Assembly: GCA_965637545.1 (NCBI GenBank)
Contig: OZ281496.1
Location: 7,688,001-7,752,000, forward strand
Direction of reading: 5' to 3'
Length of the DNA stretch: 64,000 nt
Source of the DNA: Phallusia mammillata
Lineage: Eukaryota
The notes under the pieces are model-generated. The model worked only from the letters and a program-made list of their open reading frames with translations, was not told where the DNA came from and searched no databases. Position 1 is the stretch's first letter; each line of letters starts with the position of its first letter. A program made the position numbers and the translations under genes. This document shows positions 1-11,499 of this stretch, piece after piece.

Positions 1-200
1 GCATTAGAACGTCCGTTTAACGTTTATCGTGTTGGTGTGAGAATGTATGTTCCACGACTCTCGGAAACCGCGCTTGTGGAAATCAGTTTTTCTTGATACA
101 TTATGCCTGGCAGCAACAGTTTATTCCCACTACACATTACTTTCCCCGATTTGGTGTTCAACAAAGCTGGGTAGAAAGTCAATGTCCAGAAGAACTGATA
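1..200 (-). mobile_element. Penelope-like element 3' remnant (GIY-YIG C-terminal region), cut by the window edge
   Basis: The reverse complement (ttccacaagcgcggtttccgagagtcgtggaacatacattctcacaccaacacgat) is homologous to the + strand PLE remnant at ~9720-9800. Confidence 0.55.
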
Positions 201-1617
201 CAGTATTAGAGATGTGGGCTCTTACTAAATTTTATTGCAGCATTATTGACCCTGCACAATACGAGTGTATTACTGCGACCCAAAACATTAGTGGACACAA
301 TTTATTTTCATGCACACAAAAACATTTGTAGCCATAGTGCTCAAAAAGTAAAGAGTTTTAATCGCGTAAGATTAGCTGCTGGACAACAAAAGAATTAATT
401 TTTTCGTGACTGGCACAAACATTGAGAACACAGTTTTTGTATTATTTTATACTTGGGATGAAACTTGTTTAATTTTGCACAACTTTCATAAATGTTGCAT
501 AGATAGCAAATAGGCAGTGTCGAAATATACAAGCGTAATTGAATTGGGTAGTCAAACTCGATCATCCACTACGCGTTGCGAATGTTAAATAAGGTCCTGC
601 AGTGCTATTAAAAACATTTTTTGGGGCAGGAACTTGGCGGAATGTTCCGGCGGGCTTGACCCATATACAGTCATAAAAACCCTGATGGGCATTCGTAACC
701 TGAGTGTCCTAGGTTCGAACCCCGTGAAAAAAAAAACATTTTCTATGAGTCAGAAACTCGGTGGAATAGTCAAAGAAGCTTGATACAGAAAACCTGATAT
801 TTCCACCCGGGAGCGGCCTAGGTTCAAACCCTGTTAAACATTCAAAAAAAATAAAGAAGTCACCTACAAGATTGACCGTTGCATTAAATCCCATGCTAAG
901 AAGACCACCACTGCTGACGAGCGAAAGAATGAGAATTCTAGCATCAATTTGGAAGTCATGTGCTCCTAGATTCCCAGTAAGTGTTTGTACATTGTCATTT
1001 TCGTCCTTAAACTAGATAATATGTAGAATTTAGATCATTACAATCCAAAATCCTGGGAACGTGTTCATGAAATAGGGGGAGAGGGAGGCAACGTCTAAAT
1101 GCGTTATATTCACATCGAGTCCGCCGTCGAGCTGTCAGTTTTCAATACATTTACAATTTTTCCAATTAATAAGCTAGTGACTTGAATATGTTCACCCATT
1201 GGAAAGTGAAGCCGTTAAATTTTGACTGGTTAACATTTTTTTTCTTGTGCTTGCGAGGTAAACTGCTTTAATTTTATGATATTGATGTAAGTAACAGTTA
1301 ACTCACAAACAGAAGGTCTTCTTCAAGTTCGGTGTCGAAGGAGGAAAATTGAAACACCAAGAACGTCCTTTTTTTCGAGTTTAAATCTCAACACACAGCC
1401 AACGTTAATTACTTTCAAAGTTAGGTGACATTAAATTATACGTCGTGCCAGTAACATTTTCTCCACACGTTTTTGCTGAAATGCGAAAAAGGGGTATGAT
1501 TCAGTTCAACTTTCCTTAGTGGTCAATCTGGCGATCCCCTACTACGAAGCTGACATGTGCAGCATACGAGGCAGGCAACGGTGCTTGTGGTTCGACTTTC
1601 GGCGAATTCTCCACAAA

Positions 1618-1690
1618 GCCTGCGTAGCTCAGTTGGTAGGGCGCGAGTCCCGGAAAGACTCCTGTCGTGGATTCGAATCCCACCGCAGCC
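1618..1690 (+). other. tRNA-like cloverleaf (tRNA-derived SINE head or tRNA pseudogene)
   Basis: A-box TAGCTCAGTTGG and B-box-like GGATTCGAATCC. Acceptor GCCTGCG/CGCAGCC has 1 mismatch, anticodon stem GAGTC/GACTC has loop CCGGAAA (C33 instead of U33), and the T-stem has 1 mismatch. Confidence 0.6.
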
Positions 1691-2475
1691 TAGATTATTT
1701 AGCCTACGCCTTGCCATATGGTGAATGCTTGCTGATCGGCTGATTCTGTATGGCACCTTTAATGGACCTGGCGTACTCGAAATAATTGGAAAAGTTTATC
1801 TATCAGGAAGGGGATTAGATTTGCGTTGTGTTGGCAAAAAAATTGCAGCATTTAGAAAATCTACAATCACAAATATTCACCACAGAAAAATTTGCTAAAT
1901 ACCGTTCGGTGTCGCAAAGAGCATACGCGAATATTTTAAATGCTATTTGTTGAACAATGTCATTCTAAGTCAGACACTCGTTTAGTGCAGAACAAAATTA
2001 CACACAAGCGGCGATAAAAAATACAGAGAGTGCGCTACAAAGACCAAACTGTCTCAGTTTTTAAGCAAAAAAATCCTAAACCGAGATAAGTTATGAAAAC
2101 TGTTAAACAATATTGATTTTTATGCCCGAAAGATGGTTGGGATTGCCGAAATGGGGGAAACACTGATGTAGCTTATTTGTAGTGTCATCTGAAGATAATT
2201 TTGAAAAGTTTATTAATGTATATGAAGAAAACTGTGCTAAAGACCGGGAACTAATGAAAGAGATGATGCTTGGAATTCAAGCACAGTTTCAAAAGAGTGT
2301 TAATGAACTTAAAAAATGATAAAATGCAATAAAGTTGTTGGTGATTGCAACGATTATGATATCTCTGTTTAAGTTTTGGTATCGAGATTACGTGAGGTTG
2401 TCGCCCGTTTGTCTCGTGGTGTGGCTATATTGCTGTGTGTGTTTTGTATCTGTAATTATCGTGTTTAATCGTTGG

Positions 2476-2491
2476 ATTCTATTTGAATAAG
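2476..2491 (+). other. Exact copy of the Ciona-type 16-nt spliced leader ATTCTATTTGAATAAG
   Basis: 16/16 match to the known Ciona SL exon. It is followed by ATCG rather than a GT donor, so it is not an SL RNA gene. Confidence 0.75.
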
Positions 2492-2560
2492 ATCGTACAG
2501 GCAAACTAAGGTAATAATAAAACTGATTTGGTGACCTACAAAAAGTGTGGAACGTTACAA

Positions 2561-2575
2561 TGGTGGCAGCGGTGG
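2561..2575 (+). promoter_or_regulatory. Primer-binding site complementary to the tRNA-Leu 3' end
   Basis: TGGTGGCAGCGGTGG is complementary to ...CCACCGCTGCCACCA and lies 1 nt after a CA LTR end. Confidence 0.65.
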
Positions 2576-3564
2576 CCATTTCAGAAGATTACCTTGATTT
2601 ACCAAAGAAACGAAAACAAAATGGATTTAGCTCGAGGAAAACCATTTGCATCTACTTCAATTTCGGATAAAACTCCCCTTGATACCCCAGAACGTCGTGA
2701 TGAGAAGGTAAAAGAGGCAAAAGCTTGGTTTAAGAAGTATGTGAATAGTGGAGAACCTGAACCAGCTGAACCATGTGCAGCAAAAATTTCTTCGAAATAG
2801 ATAAATACACCGGTTCAATTTGATTCAATTTGGAAACATGACTTTGCAGCGTGGTTAGTAAGTTTTGAAAATTTTGCTGACCTACTTAAAATCCCTATGC
2901 AACAGCGTTCGCTGTCTTTAACAACTTTTTGTGTGCCCGAAATTGGTTTGGAGAGATAGCTCGTCTAGCCTACGGTGATAGTACTGTGAAAAGTGTAATG
3001 CAAATACGTGACCGTTCTGTATGCAGCGCTTTCTTACGTGGCCTACAGGCCACATACGGCGCAATTGTCCTTTAAACGGAAATGGGTTGGAAGATCGCGA
3101 GAGGAGTCTGGCCCAACCCCAATCAATGTAGTTCTGTTAGCCTCTCTGAGTCAACCTGACGACACAGATTCTGTAGTGTATGTGTTCGGAAGCGTACAAG
3201 AACAAGGGATCACCTTCACAGTGGACACAGGGTCACCTGTATGTTTGATGAGTTATGACGTTCTAGAAAGAGTAAGAGGGTCCCGAGTGATCACCTTGGC
3301 GCACCGACCTCTGTTTTGTACCAAGCGGATGGATCGACTTGCTTCCTGCTGATGGTGTGGCGGAATTACGTGTTAAGATCGGTGGTTTAGATGTGTTGTG
3401 TAACTTCTTCGTTACCATGTGTCTGACTGGTAACACTTGCTTGCTTGGTCATGACTTGTGTAACGTTCTGTACTCCCGAGAGTGTTGCATGCTGGTGGAG
3501 CATTTCTGCCGTTCACGTCTCGTCAAGGTGTGTCCTCCCGCTACCGTGTTTATGCAAGTTGTGA

Positions 3565-4762
3565 TCAAGTAATAGCTGCAGGATGTGAATGTTTTGTCGC
3601 TGCAGATATTGGGAAACATTTATTGAAGATTGTACCAAATAAATTACTGAACAGTTTAAATGCCTTATTTGGTTCATTCTCACAGAGAATGCTTGAGGTG
3701 TCAGCTTGGCCCATTAGATGAGAAAATTTAGCAACGCTTTTTTCTGAAAACTGTCTAAATGAGGTTTGGTTGTCAACTTTATTTTTTACATTAACACTTA
3801 CAAAAACAGGAAGATGATCAGATATACAGTCCAAAATTATGAAGGATTGGGTTTGATTTTTTAGGTCATTAGTCCAAATGTTGTCAAGGCATGTTTCACT
3901 TGTATCTGTGATTCTTGTTGGTTTGTTGACTAATGAAATGAAAGAGTTATCAAATAGAATATTGGTAAAGTTGTCAATTTGATTGTTGCTAATATCCAAG
4001 AGGTTGTAATTAAAATCACCAAGAATGTATGAATGATTCTTTTTGTTATTAATACTCAAAAGGGTATCTTTTAAAACTCTTAGAAATTCATCGCTTGTGT
4101 TTAGGTTCTGCCCTGGTGATCTATAGATAGTTCCACATGTTATGGTTTCAGTGCCCAAATCTATATCCACAAAAATAGATTCAAAAACTTTTTCGTTCAT
4201 TATTGTCAGGTCTTTACATAAAGAGTGTTTTATGCCAGATTTAATAAATAAACCAACACCCCCACCAGTTGCTTTACATCTGCTATTTGAGATAAAAGTG
4301 TAGTTTAGCAGGTTGCAATGTAATCCTGGTTGATTTTATTCCTAACCCATGTTTCATTGACACAAATAATAGTAGGTTTAATATTCATATTATGTATTAA
4401 TCCCTCGAGTTTACAGAAGTTATTTGGGTTAACTAATGACCGCGCGTTAATGCAGAGTGTTGAAAAACTGGAAGAAGCATGACAACTTGACACTGGTAAT
4501 TGGTTTGAATAATCATAGCAGCTAGGATCAGTCAACTCATTATATTAATTTCAGTGGAGAGGTAATCTGGGAGTATATTTGGTTCTTTTGTGCCCTTATG
4601 TTGGTAATTGAACTCCTGGTCCGTGAGTGAATTAAATGGGAAATAAGAGTATAATTCAGTATTTAAAAAATTGGTAGTATGGATGGAATTCGACCTACTA
4701 GTTGTGCCCCCTTTTCGGCTTTTAGGTAGATCTCTGACCGGCATAGGGTAAGCCATGCTCAT
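3565..4762 (-). pseudogene. LINE ORF2 N-terminus (APE endonuclease), frameshifted and truncated
   Basis: The domain is split over ORFs 4532-4762, 4305-4535 and 3565-4200; a frameshift lies near 4330-4350 before the GGGVG motif. Confidence 0.8.
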
Positions 4763-4819
4763 AGGTTGTTGCTATAATGAATTACATATGGTACAGTAGG
4801 ACACAGTGTGCTACATTTA

Positions 4820-5533
4820 TCATGCAAAAATAAGTGTGATGATCCAGTTAAAGCAATTAAGATCTTCTATTGTACGGATCACCTTTTTTTGGCCATGGGC
4901 CATTGCATGGATGATTCCATTGTTTGTCCATGTGTTTCTCATTCCAATCCTCTCTTGTACTTGTCGAAGCAGTTGGAGGCGCTTTCTTGTAAGGGATTCT
5001 GTCAGAACAAGTCCACTTTGAGCCAGGTTTCTTTTCTTAAAGAATAGATCGTTCCGAACAGACCTTCGAACAAATTTTATTATTACAGGAGTGCCTTTCT
5101 TTGCTGGAAGGACATGAGCAATGTCAATGTCCTGTTGTGTTACTGGAACACAGGGCTGTAACTTTACATTTAAAATAGGCAAAAGAAAGTTAACCAGGTC
5201 AGAATGACTTCCCTTGGGCACTTTATTAGCACCATGAAGAATCAGGCAGTTTCTTCGGCCATATTGTTCAAGGTCATCCAAGTCCTGCTCACAGCTTTTC
5301 ATCCTTTCATCGAAGGTACGGATCTCCGTCCCAAGTTTGGAAAGCAGGGCCCTCAACTCACCAGCTTCTTTTATCATTCCTTCAGATGGGAGTCCAGTTG
5401 TGGAAACAGTTTCTGGGATTTTAACAGCATTTACTAGCTCGATTTGTTCTTCCAACTTATCTTGTCTTTGTTTGAACTCTTCAAGTGCTTGATTCAGTTT
5501 TTCCATTTGTGTCACATTGGTTGATCTCCCCAT
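4820..5533 (-). CDS. LINE ORF1 protein (coiled coil plus RRM-like domain), 237 aa
   Basis: DDLEQYGRRNCLILHG, DIDIAHVL, PVIIKFVRR, LTESLT and WTNNGII are typical CR1/L2 ORF1 motifs. Confidence 0.8.
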   Translation of the reverse strand: MGRSTNVTQMEKLNQALEEFKQRQDKLEEQIELVNAVKIPETVSTTGLPSEGMIKEAGELRALLSKLGTEIRTFDERMKSCEQDLDDLEQYGRRNCLILHGANKVPKGSHSDLVNFLLPILNVKLQPCVPVTQQDIDIAHVLPAKKGTPVIIKFVRRSVRNDLFFKKRNLAQSGLVLTESLTRKRLQLLRQVQERIGMRNTWTNNGIIHAMAHGQKKVIRTIEDLNCFNWIITLIFA

Positions 5534-8159
5534 TATTTCAGAATTCAGATGTACAGTTCACAAATTTAATTGAGCAAAATGGCTTTATTAAATAATCCTA
5601 AGCAGTCATTTATCCCCTTATTAAAATAGAATGATTACAATTGCAACGATGAAGATCATAATCATACGTAACATATTCTGTTGTTTTGACGCCATTTCGG
5701 GTGTTCTTTCACTGTATTGATTTGCCATCATATCTTTGTGACCAAAAACGTTGTTGTAATGCCCAGCAAAAGTTGGTCAAAATATACAACTGATACAAAA
5801 TTTGCCGTTCCAGTACAGACAAAATATTTCAACTTGCAAAATATGTCGGAGTTATCCTTGTTACAAATGGACCATACCGGGGTTCATTGAAAAACTTGAT
5901 GTCATTGTTTGTTGTCTTATACTGGAGGTTGATGGGTTTGCAAAAGACATTTAAATATCTACGTACGAAAACCTGAAAACAAAATGTAAGTTTTCCCATC
6001 ACGATCGGCCTAAGTGTTTGTATCCAAAACAAGCAATAATGAGCGATAATATAAATTCATAGCAGACGCTTAGAGGCAACGCGTGATTTGAAATAACAAA
6101 AGCTTGAATTTAGTCAAGGTTTGAAACAAGGTTATAAAATAAAAATTTACTAAATCAATCAATTGAAAACTAAATCCTTGAAGCACAAGCTTAGTCAAAC
6201 TATTTAGCCCTACATGAGTGAAAGGATTTCCAGTACGTATTGATTTGAGTTGAGTGAAAAAATCGTAGTAACAAAATTCCACTAAATAATTCACCTTGCC
6301 CGAGATAGCTGCGCAACGTTGAGACGTTAATTATTGCAGCAGTTGAATCAAAATATATTATCGGACAACGAAAATAGAAACTTTCAACCATAATGTAAAC
6401 ATTGTAATCTTCTTAATACTGAAAATAAGCAAATGGTTTTCTACATTTAATGTGACTAAAATGAATGATTTCAAATTTACTCACTTGCCGCGTAGATGCT
6501 CCTTTATTACCCGACTGACATGTTCATCATGTTGCTTTAACCCCAGTGCATGGTTAAAAGATTTCTGCTTCATGCCCAACATTCTGATATTGTTGTGAAA
6601 AAAATATTCATTTGCATTTTTGCTTTGCTATCACATAAGCATAAGGATTGTATTAAATATTTTTGACTAGCTTTGGGTTCAACGTAAAGTCGAAAAAAAT
6701 GATAACATTATGCACAGATTTGAGTGATCGTGATAGCACGACGCAAATTAATACGCAAACAATGTTCAGACCGAAATATCTGTTTTAAGCTGTACATAGT
6801 GTCTTTACAGGATGTTGTAGAATATATTTTGCAACACGAGTTTTGTTGCTGGATGTGGCGATACGACTAGTTGACAAACAGGCAAAGAGTTACAGTTTAA
6901 CATCAACGTACATATTATAATATTTTGGTATTAGTGTTTTGAGTTTAAAGCAAATTAAAACGTAATTGGAAAACATATGAAAGCAATTGTTCCAGTTAAA
7001 GCGATACCCATATTTCTTAACCAAGTAGGTTATCAAATTATACGGTTTTACCTTCCAGTGATTTTTTTTAAAGAATTTTTTGTTATATTGCAAATAAATT
7101 GGCTTAAATATCACGTTTAAGTATAAATACTGCATAAAATTCTATATTAATCAACACAGACCTTTGGTACAATGGAGTATTTGAAGGATTTACAAAATCT
7201 TACATACAAACTGTCATTTAAATCGTATTTAACGATGAAATATTATTATTGTTTAAATCTCTCTAAGAGATTCCAAATAAATAAAAAGTTTGCAAGTACA
7301 AAAATTGGCAAAAAACATAATAAACTCAGATTAAATTCTTGAATGGTTTGCTTCGAAACCAAAGATAACGCAACTTTACTGGACATAACTTTTGCACTAC
7401 GCACCTATTCAAATATACCGCTACGTAGGACAAAGAGAAACTAAAGTCCTCATGAAGATCCAGCTAACCCTGGAGCAGGAGCTGCAAAATTTGACCTGGC
7501 CGTTTCCCCGTGAATGTGATATTATGCTTATTTTAGGCCATACAGCAAATTAATTGTTGTTGTTTGTTTTCTATATTTTTTGTTTGTTTTGGTGAAATTT
7601 GACAGTCTCATGCTTGGATGTTATTGATTTTAATGAAACATTATTATCCGAGTTTATGTAACTAAACATGGCGAGACCGAACCAAGCGTTTTTTTGTAAT
7701 GTTGCAAAAAAAAACCATTGAAAACAATAGGATGTGTCTCCAAATTAACCCATTTACTGGCGCCTAATTTCTAATTTTAATTATTGTACATTTAAACATT
7801 GATAACTGTACATAGAGTCACCGTTTTTATTTTTACTCTGCGTAATACATGTTTCACACTGTTAGAAAACCAAATCTACACAAAAAGGCAACTTTGACCC
7901 AAAGTAAACCTTTCAATAAACTTCTAGTCGGTAACACTACTTTTCGTTGTGAGTCAACAAGTGAATTTTTAAACTTGAAATGACATTAAATGGAATTTCA
8001 CAAAAAACACATTGATGGATCAGCATGTGTTTTTCAAATTCCAGACCAAGTAAATGTTTTACCAAAAACGTCGCATCGATAAGACTTCTTTTTATTGTGA
8101 ATCAACATGTGGGTTTTCAAACTTCCACTTTGGATAAATCATTTACCACAAGTATAACA

Positions 8160-8846
8160 TCATTGTGGTTTCTCTCTAGTGTGAATCAACATGTGTGTTT
8201 TCAGATTTGAAATGATACTGAAACTCTTTTCACAAACATTACATCGATGAGGTTTCTCTTCGGTGTGGGATAGCATGTGTCTTTTCAAATTTGAAATGAT
8301 ACTGAAAGTCTTTTCACAAACATCACATCGATGAGGTTTCTCTTTGGTGTGAGTCAACATGTGTGTTGTTAAACTTTCCATACGAGCAAACCCTTTTTCA
8401 CAAACATCACAACGATGAGGTTTCTCTTTAGTGTGAGTCAACATGTGTCTTTTCAAAAGTCCACTTCGGGTAAATCGTTTATCACAATTATCACATCGAT
8501 ATGGTCTCTCTTTAGTGTGAATCAACATGTGGGTATTTAAAATTCCACTTTGGGTAAATCTTTTATCACAAACATAACATCGATGAGGTTTCTCTTTAGT
8601 ATGAGTCAACATGTGTGATTTTAAAACTTCCATGCGGGCAAACTCTTTTTCACAAACATGACATCGATATGGTCTTTCTTTAGTGTGAACCAACATGTGT
8701 CTTTTCAAAGTTCCTCTTCGGGCAAAAGTTTTTTCACAAACCTCACATCGATGAAGTTTCTCACTGCTGTGTATCGGTATATGTTGTTTTACATTTCCAC
8801 CTTCAGTAAGCCTTTGATCATAAAAACCAAAATCCTTTGATGTCAT
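8160..8846 (-). CDS. C2H2 zinc-finger protein, 7 fingers, 228 aa
   Basis: Seven CxxC-x12-HxxxH units with TKE(K/R)P(H/Y)RC linkers; decayed finger sequence continues past the stop (~8020-8160). Confidence 0.85.
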   Translation of the reverse strand: MTSKDFGFYDQRLTEGGNVKQHIPIHSSEKLHRCEVCEKTFARRGTLKRHMLVHTKERPYRCHVCEKEFARMEVLKSHMLTHTKEKPHRCYVCDKRFTQSGILNTHMLIHTKERPYRCDNCDKRFTRSGLLKRHMLTHTKEKPHRCDVCEKGFARMESLTTHMLTHTKEKPHRCDVCEKTFSIISNLKRHMLSHTEEKPHRCNVCEKSFSIISNLKTHMLIHTREKPQ

Positions 8847-8959
8847 CTCTTTTTAAATTAGTTTTTCAGGTATTACAAAGATAACAGTTAAATTGATTTA
8901 CAATTAATATCGTATGAGCTGAAATAAGATAGGCATTTTAGTTCGCCTGACAATTGTAA

Positions 8960-9900
8960 ACAAGTCGTCCTAAGTTCGACGTCATAAACAGGGTGTCTAC
9001 ATCCCAACACAGCCCTTCTTATAACACCCCGAGATTGAACACAAAAAAGACACAGCGCGAAAGCGGCAAAAAAACGTTGATAAATATCGGACCGATAGCT
9101 AATCGGCTTTAGAACATCAGTTTATCTGTGTTTGGAACATTTAGAATTGTACGTACCTCTTGTAATGCTGGTTAGTTTGTGATACACGCTTAAACAAAGT
9201 GTACAATCCAGGGGTGTCGAAAATTCTACATCCAGGGATAAAATATTCTTGTTTCTGTCTAGAAACAAACCAGCACATCCAGGTACCTACAAGTCCCAGC
9301 AACCAAAACCTTTGTATACCAAAGTGCCGGACGAGCGCTTAAAGGAACAACCAAGAGACGTAGCAAAATGGGTTTCGTTAAATTCGGAGTCACGAAGGGT
9401 ACACGAGGCCCTGGGGTTAAACGGTTACCCGAACTGAATTATCAGTGACCGAAAAACCAAGATTGCACGGAATTGAGTTCAAAGAGCGTGCTTTTGTCAC
9501 TTTGCCATATATTCCTAAGTTAACGGATGTAATCCGTCACATGTTAGATAGATACAAATGCGACAAGGGGCGTGGTGTACGCAATACTTTGTAGAGGGTG
9601 CGGTCTCACAATAGGGACGTGGCTAAGAAAGATGCAAAAAATCGGCATTAGCAAAACATGGTACTGTCCATGATCATACCAATAACGTTTTTGCTGCTAA
9701 AGTGTTAGCCAGGATAACTGGTTTTCACAAGCGAGGTTTCCTAGAGTCGTGGAACATACACTTTTACACCAACACGATGAATGTAAAAACTGACGTTCTA
9801 GTGCCGATAACTTATCGGTCGCTTTTACACCATTAAGCTAGCTGTTTTCTCGCTTTATAAACAGAACTTATTAACAAGACACGGGAATAACAGCTTTAAT
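8960..9900 (+). mobile_element. Internally deleted Penelope-like element
   Basis: Peptides ...LGLNGYPN, GVVYAILCRGCG and KRGFLESWNIH (GIY-YIG C-terminus). The 5' part is homologous to 43680-43930 and 44330-44480. Confidence 0.6.
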
Positions 9901-9938
9901 AAAAAGCAAATTGCCAGCGACGTAGAGTAAAACGTATT

Positions 9939-9992
9939 CATTTTATTAAAACAAACGTTTCGACAAAACTATTGTCATCATCAGTGAAAATG
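9939..9992 (-). ncRNA. Minimal type I hammerhead ribozyme motif (PLE-associated)
   Basis: Minus strand reads CA-CUGAUGA-U-GACAA-uaguu-UUGUC-GAAACGUU-UG, with a distal CAUUUU/AAAAUG pairing. Confidence 0.6.
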
Positions 9993-10115
9993 TAATGCAC
10001 AAGTGGAAACAAGCGCGTTTATATACAGAAAAAGTAAGGAGAAAAGTTTAATCAACTGCGTCACGCTGATAAAAGGTTGCCGACAAAATGGAGATAACGA
10101 TAAAACCAGTGATAA

Positions 10116-11096
10116 TTAGGTGTTAAAAAGCCGCAGGGGCATCGAAGTTGTGTCCACGTTCAGTCCCGGTGCATGTTGCTGGATAAGAAGCGACTCCAGA
10201 ATAAACAAACGAATCCGTTTTGACGTTGCGTCCAATATTTCTGGTTCTGTGAAGTTGACCCTATGCATAGTGTTAGTCTGGAGATGCCTACACACTTCCG
10301 ATTTTTCGTTGGTCCTGTGCTCTTTTATTCGAGTTATTAAGTTTCGCTGCGTCTCACCAATATATGAGGACCCACACGAACATGTCAGCCTGTAAACAAC
10401 ACTGCAGCGGAGGTTGTTGCAAGGGCGGTCCTTGATAGAAAAGAAACTGCCAATTTTTGTCGGTTTGTGGATAACCCGTAGTTCCACATCGAGTATTGTG
10501 CGTTTCACAAATCCCTTGAGCTCACGCGCTATATTGTAAGATGTGGTTCCTATAAAGGGGAGGCGCATGGTCACAAAATGTGTGGTTTCCGATCGTTTGG
10601 GTGAAGATGGAGGTGTGGGGCGATGACATCTGTTGAGAAACCCTTTAACACACCCGTCAAGGAAGGTGACAGGGTATCCATTGGAGGCAAGCATGGATTT
10701 TACTGTTCCAAACTCTTGGTCCATGATTTTGTAGGAACTGGAGATGTTATATGCTCTTTTTATGAGGCAGTTAACGAGGTTGCGTTTATGGTGAAGTGGT
10801 ACAAAGCTGTCCCACTTGCTGTAGAGTCCACTGTGGGTAGGCTTGCGGTAGGTGGTAGTGACTATGCCATTGGGTGTATTCGTTACGAGCACATCTAAGT
10901 AATGGATGGTGTTGTGTAACTCTAGTTCTTGTGTGAAAGATATGCTCGGATAAACTGCATTCAGCCTCTTGAAAAACTTTTGCAGCAAGGTTTGCGAAGA
11001 AAACACAACGATCAGATCGTCGACATACCGACAGAGCAGATCGGGTTTGGTTTTAGACGGTGTTGAAGCTAAGGCTTTGTCGATTAGAAAGTTCAT
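10116..11096 (-). CDS. Penelope-like RT (motifs C-E, thumb) plus GIY-YIG endonuclease, N-truncated, 326 aa
   Basis: RYVDD, YLDV, YRKPTHSGLY, NGYP, LPFIG, CSCGSSYIGET, RIKEH and LESLLI motifs. Confidence 0.85.
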   Translation of the reverse strand: MNFLIDKALASTPSKTKPDLLCRYVDDLIVVFSSQTLLQKFFKRLNAVYPSISFTQELELHNTIHYLDVLVTNTPNGIVTTTYRKPTHSGLYSKWDSFVPLHHKRNLVNCLIKRAYNISSSYKIMDQEFGTVKSMLASNGYPVTFLDGCVKGFLNRCHRPTPPSSPKRSETTHFVTMRLPFIGTTSYNIARELKGFVKRTILDVELRVIHKPTKIGSFFSIKDRPCNNLRCSVVYRLTCSCGSSYIGETQRNLITRIKEHRTNEKSEVCRHLQTNTMHRVNFTEPEILDATSKRIRLFILESLLIQQHAPGLNVDTTSMPLRLFNT

Positions 11097-11219
11097 GAAA
11101 ACATCGGCTAATAAGGCTACAGTTAGCCTATTGAGACTGAATTATCTGTCTCAAGCCCTAAACTGTCGTCACAAACTAAATCTAATTTTATATTCAATCA
11201 GGGGTGAATTCAGTCTAAC

Positions 11220-11370
11220 GCTTACATTTCCACGTTCCATAAACCTCTGATCAAAAACATCACCTCGAAGTCGAAATCCTGTGATTTCATCTCGTCAATA
11301 TAGTTGTTCAGATATTATAAAGAAAAGTTTTATCTGACTTTCGAATACTATGTTATGACCTGAAACAGTA
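11220..11370 (-). pseudogene. Zinc-finger gene stub (splice acceptor, UTR and first ~20 codons, frameshifted)
   Basis: Homologous to the starts of the ZNF ORFs at 30450 and 34488 (MKSQD...DVFDQRFMERGNV); no fingers follow. Confidence 0.65.
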
Positions 11371-11499
11371 TGTTAGCTTTGTTTTTCATCCGTTTGAAAC
11401 CATGGAACATTATGTTTAAAATTGTTAGTTGAACAAACACCACTGCTTTGGTGTGTAGACCAAAATGCTGCAAAGTGTGAATGTGCACATAAAATAAAT

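Larger units (their letters stand above)
2336..3570 (+). mobile_element. Decayed Ty3/gypsy LTR retrotransposon, 5' part (LTR, PBS, gag, protease); LTR start uncertain
   Basis: The LTR-like segment ends ...GTTACA at 2559, followed by PBS TGGTGGCAGCGGTGG. A gag-like peptide (FAAWLVSFENFADLL) with stops follows, then an aspartic protease (FTVDTGSPVCLMS...LLGHD) split by a frameshift. Confidence 0.65.
3565..5600 (-). mobile_element. CR1/L2-like LINE, 5' half only (ORF1 plus APE endonuclease; RT missing)
   Basis: ORF1 and endonuclease motifs (INARSL, CVNETW, GGGVG, IYRSP, ILGDFNYNLL, CLDNIWTN, SDHLPVF) occur in order; the sequence stops abruptly at ~3565. Confidence 0.85.
9900..11125 (-). mobile_element. 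5'-truncated Penelope-like element with 3' terminal region
   Basis: Open RT C-terminus plus GIY-YIG ORF; a hammerhead motif lies in the 3' terminal region. Confidence 0.85.

Noticed and set aside
1618-1690. Functional tRNA-Ser(GGA)
   Set aside because: C33 instead of U33, short variable loop, mismatches in the acceptor and T stems, and an extra base before the anticodon stem.
2476-2491. SL RNA gene
   Set aside because: No GT donor follows the 16-mer, there is no tandem SL-gene context, and it lies in an LTR.
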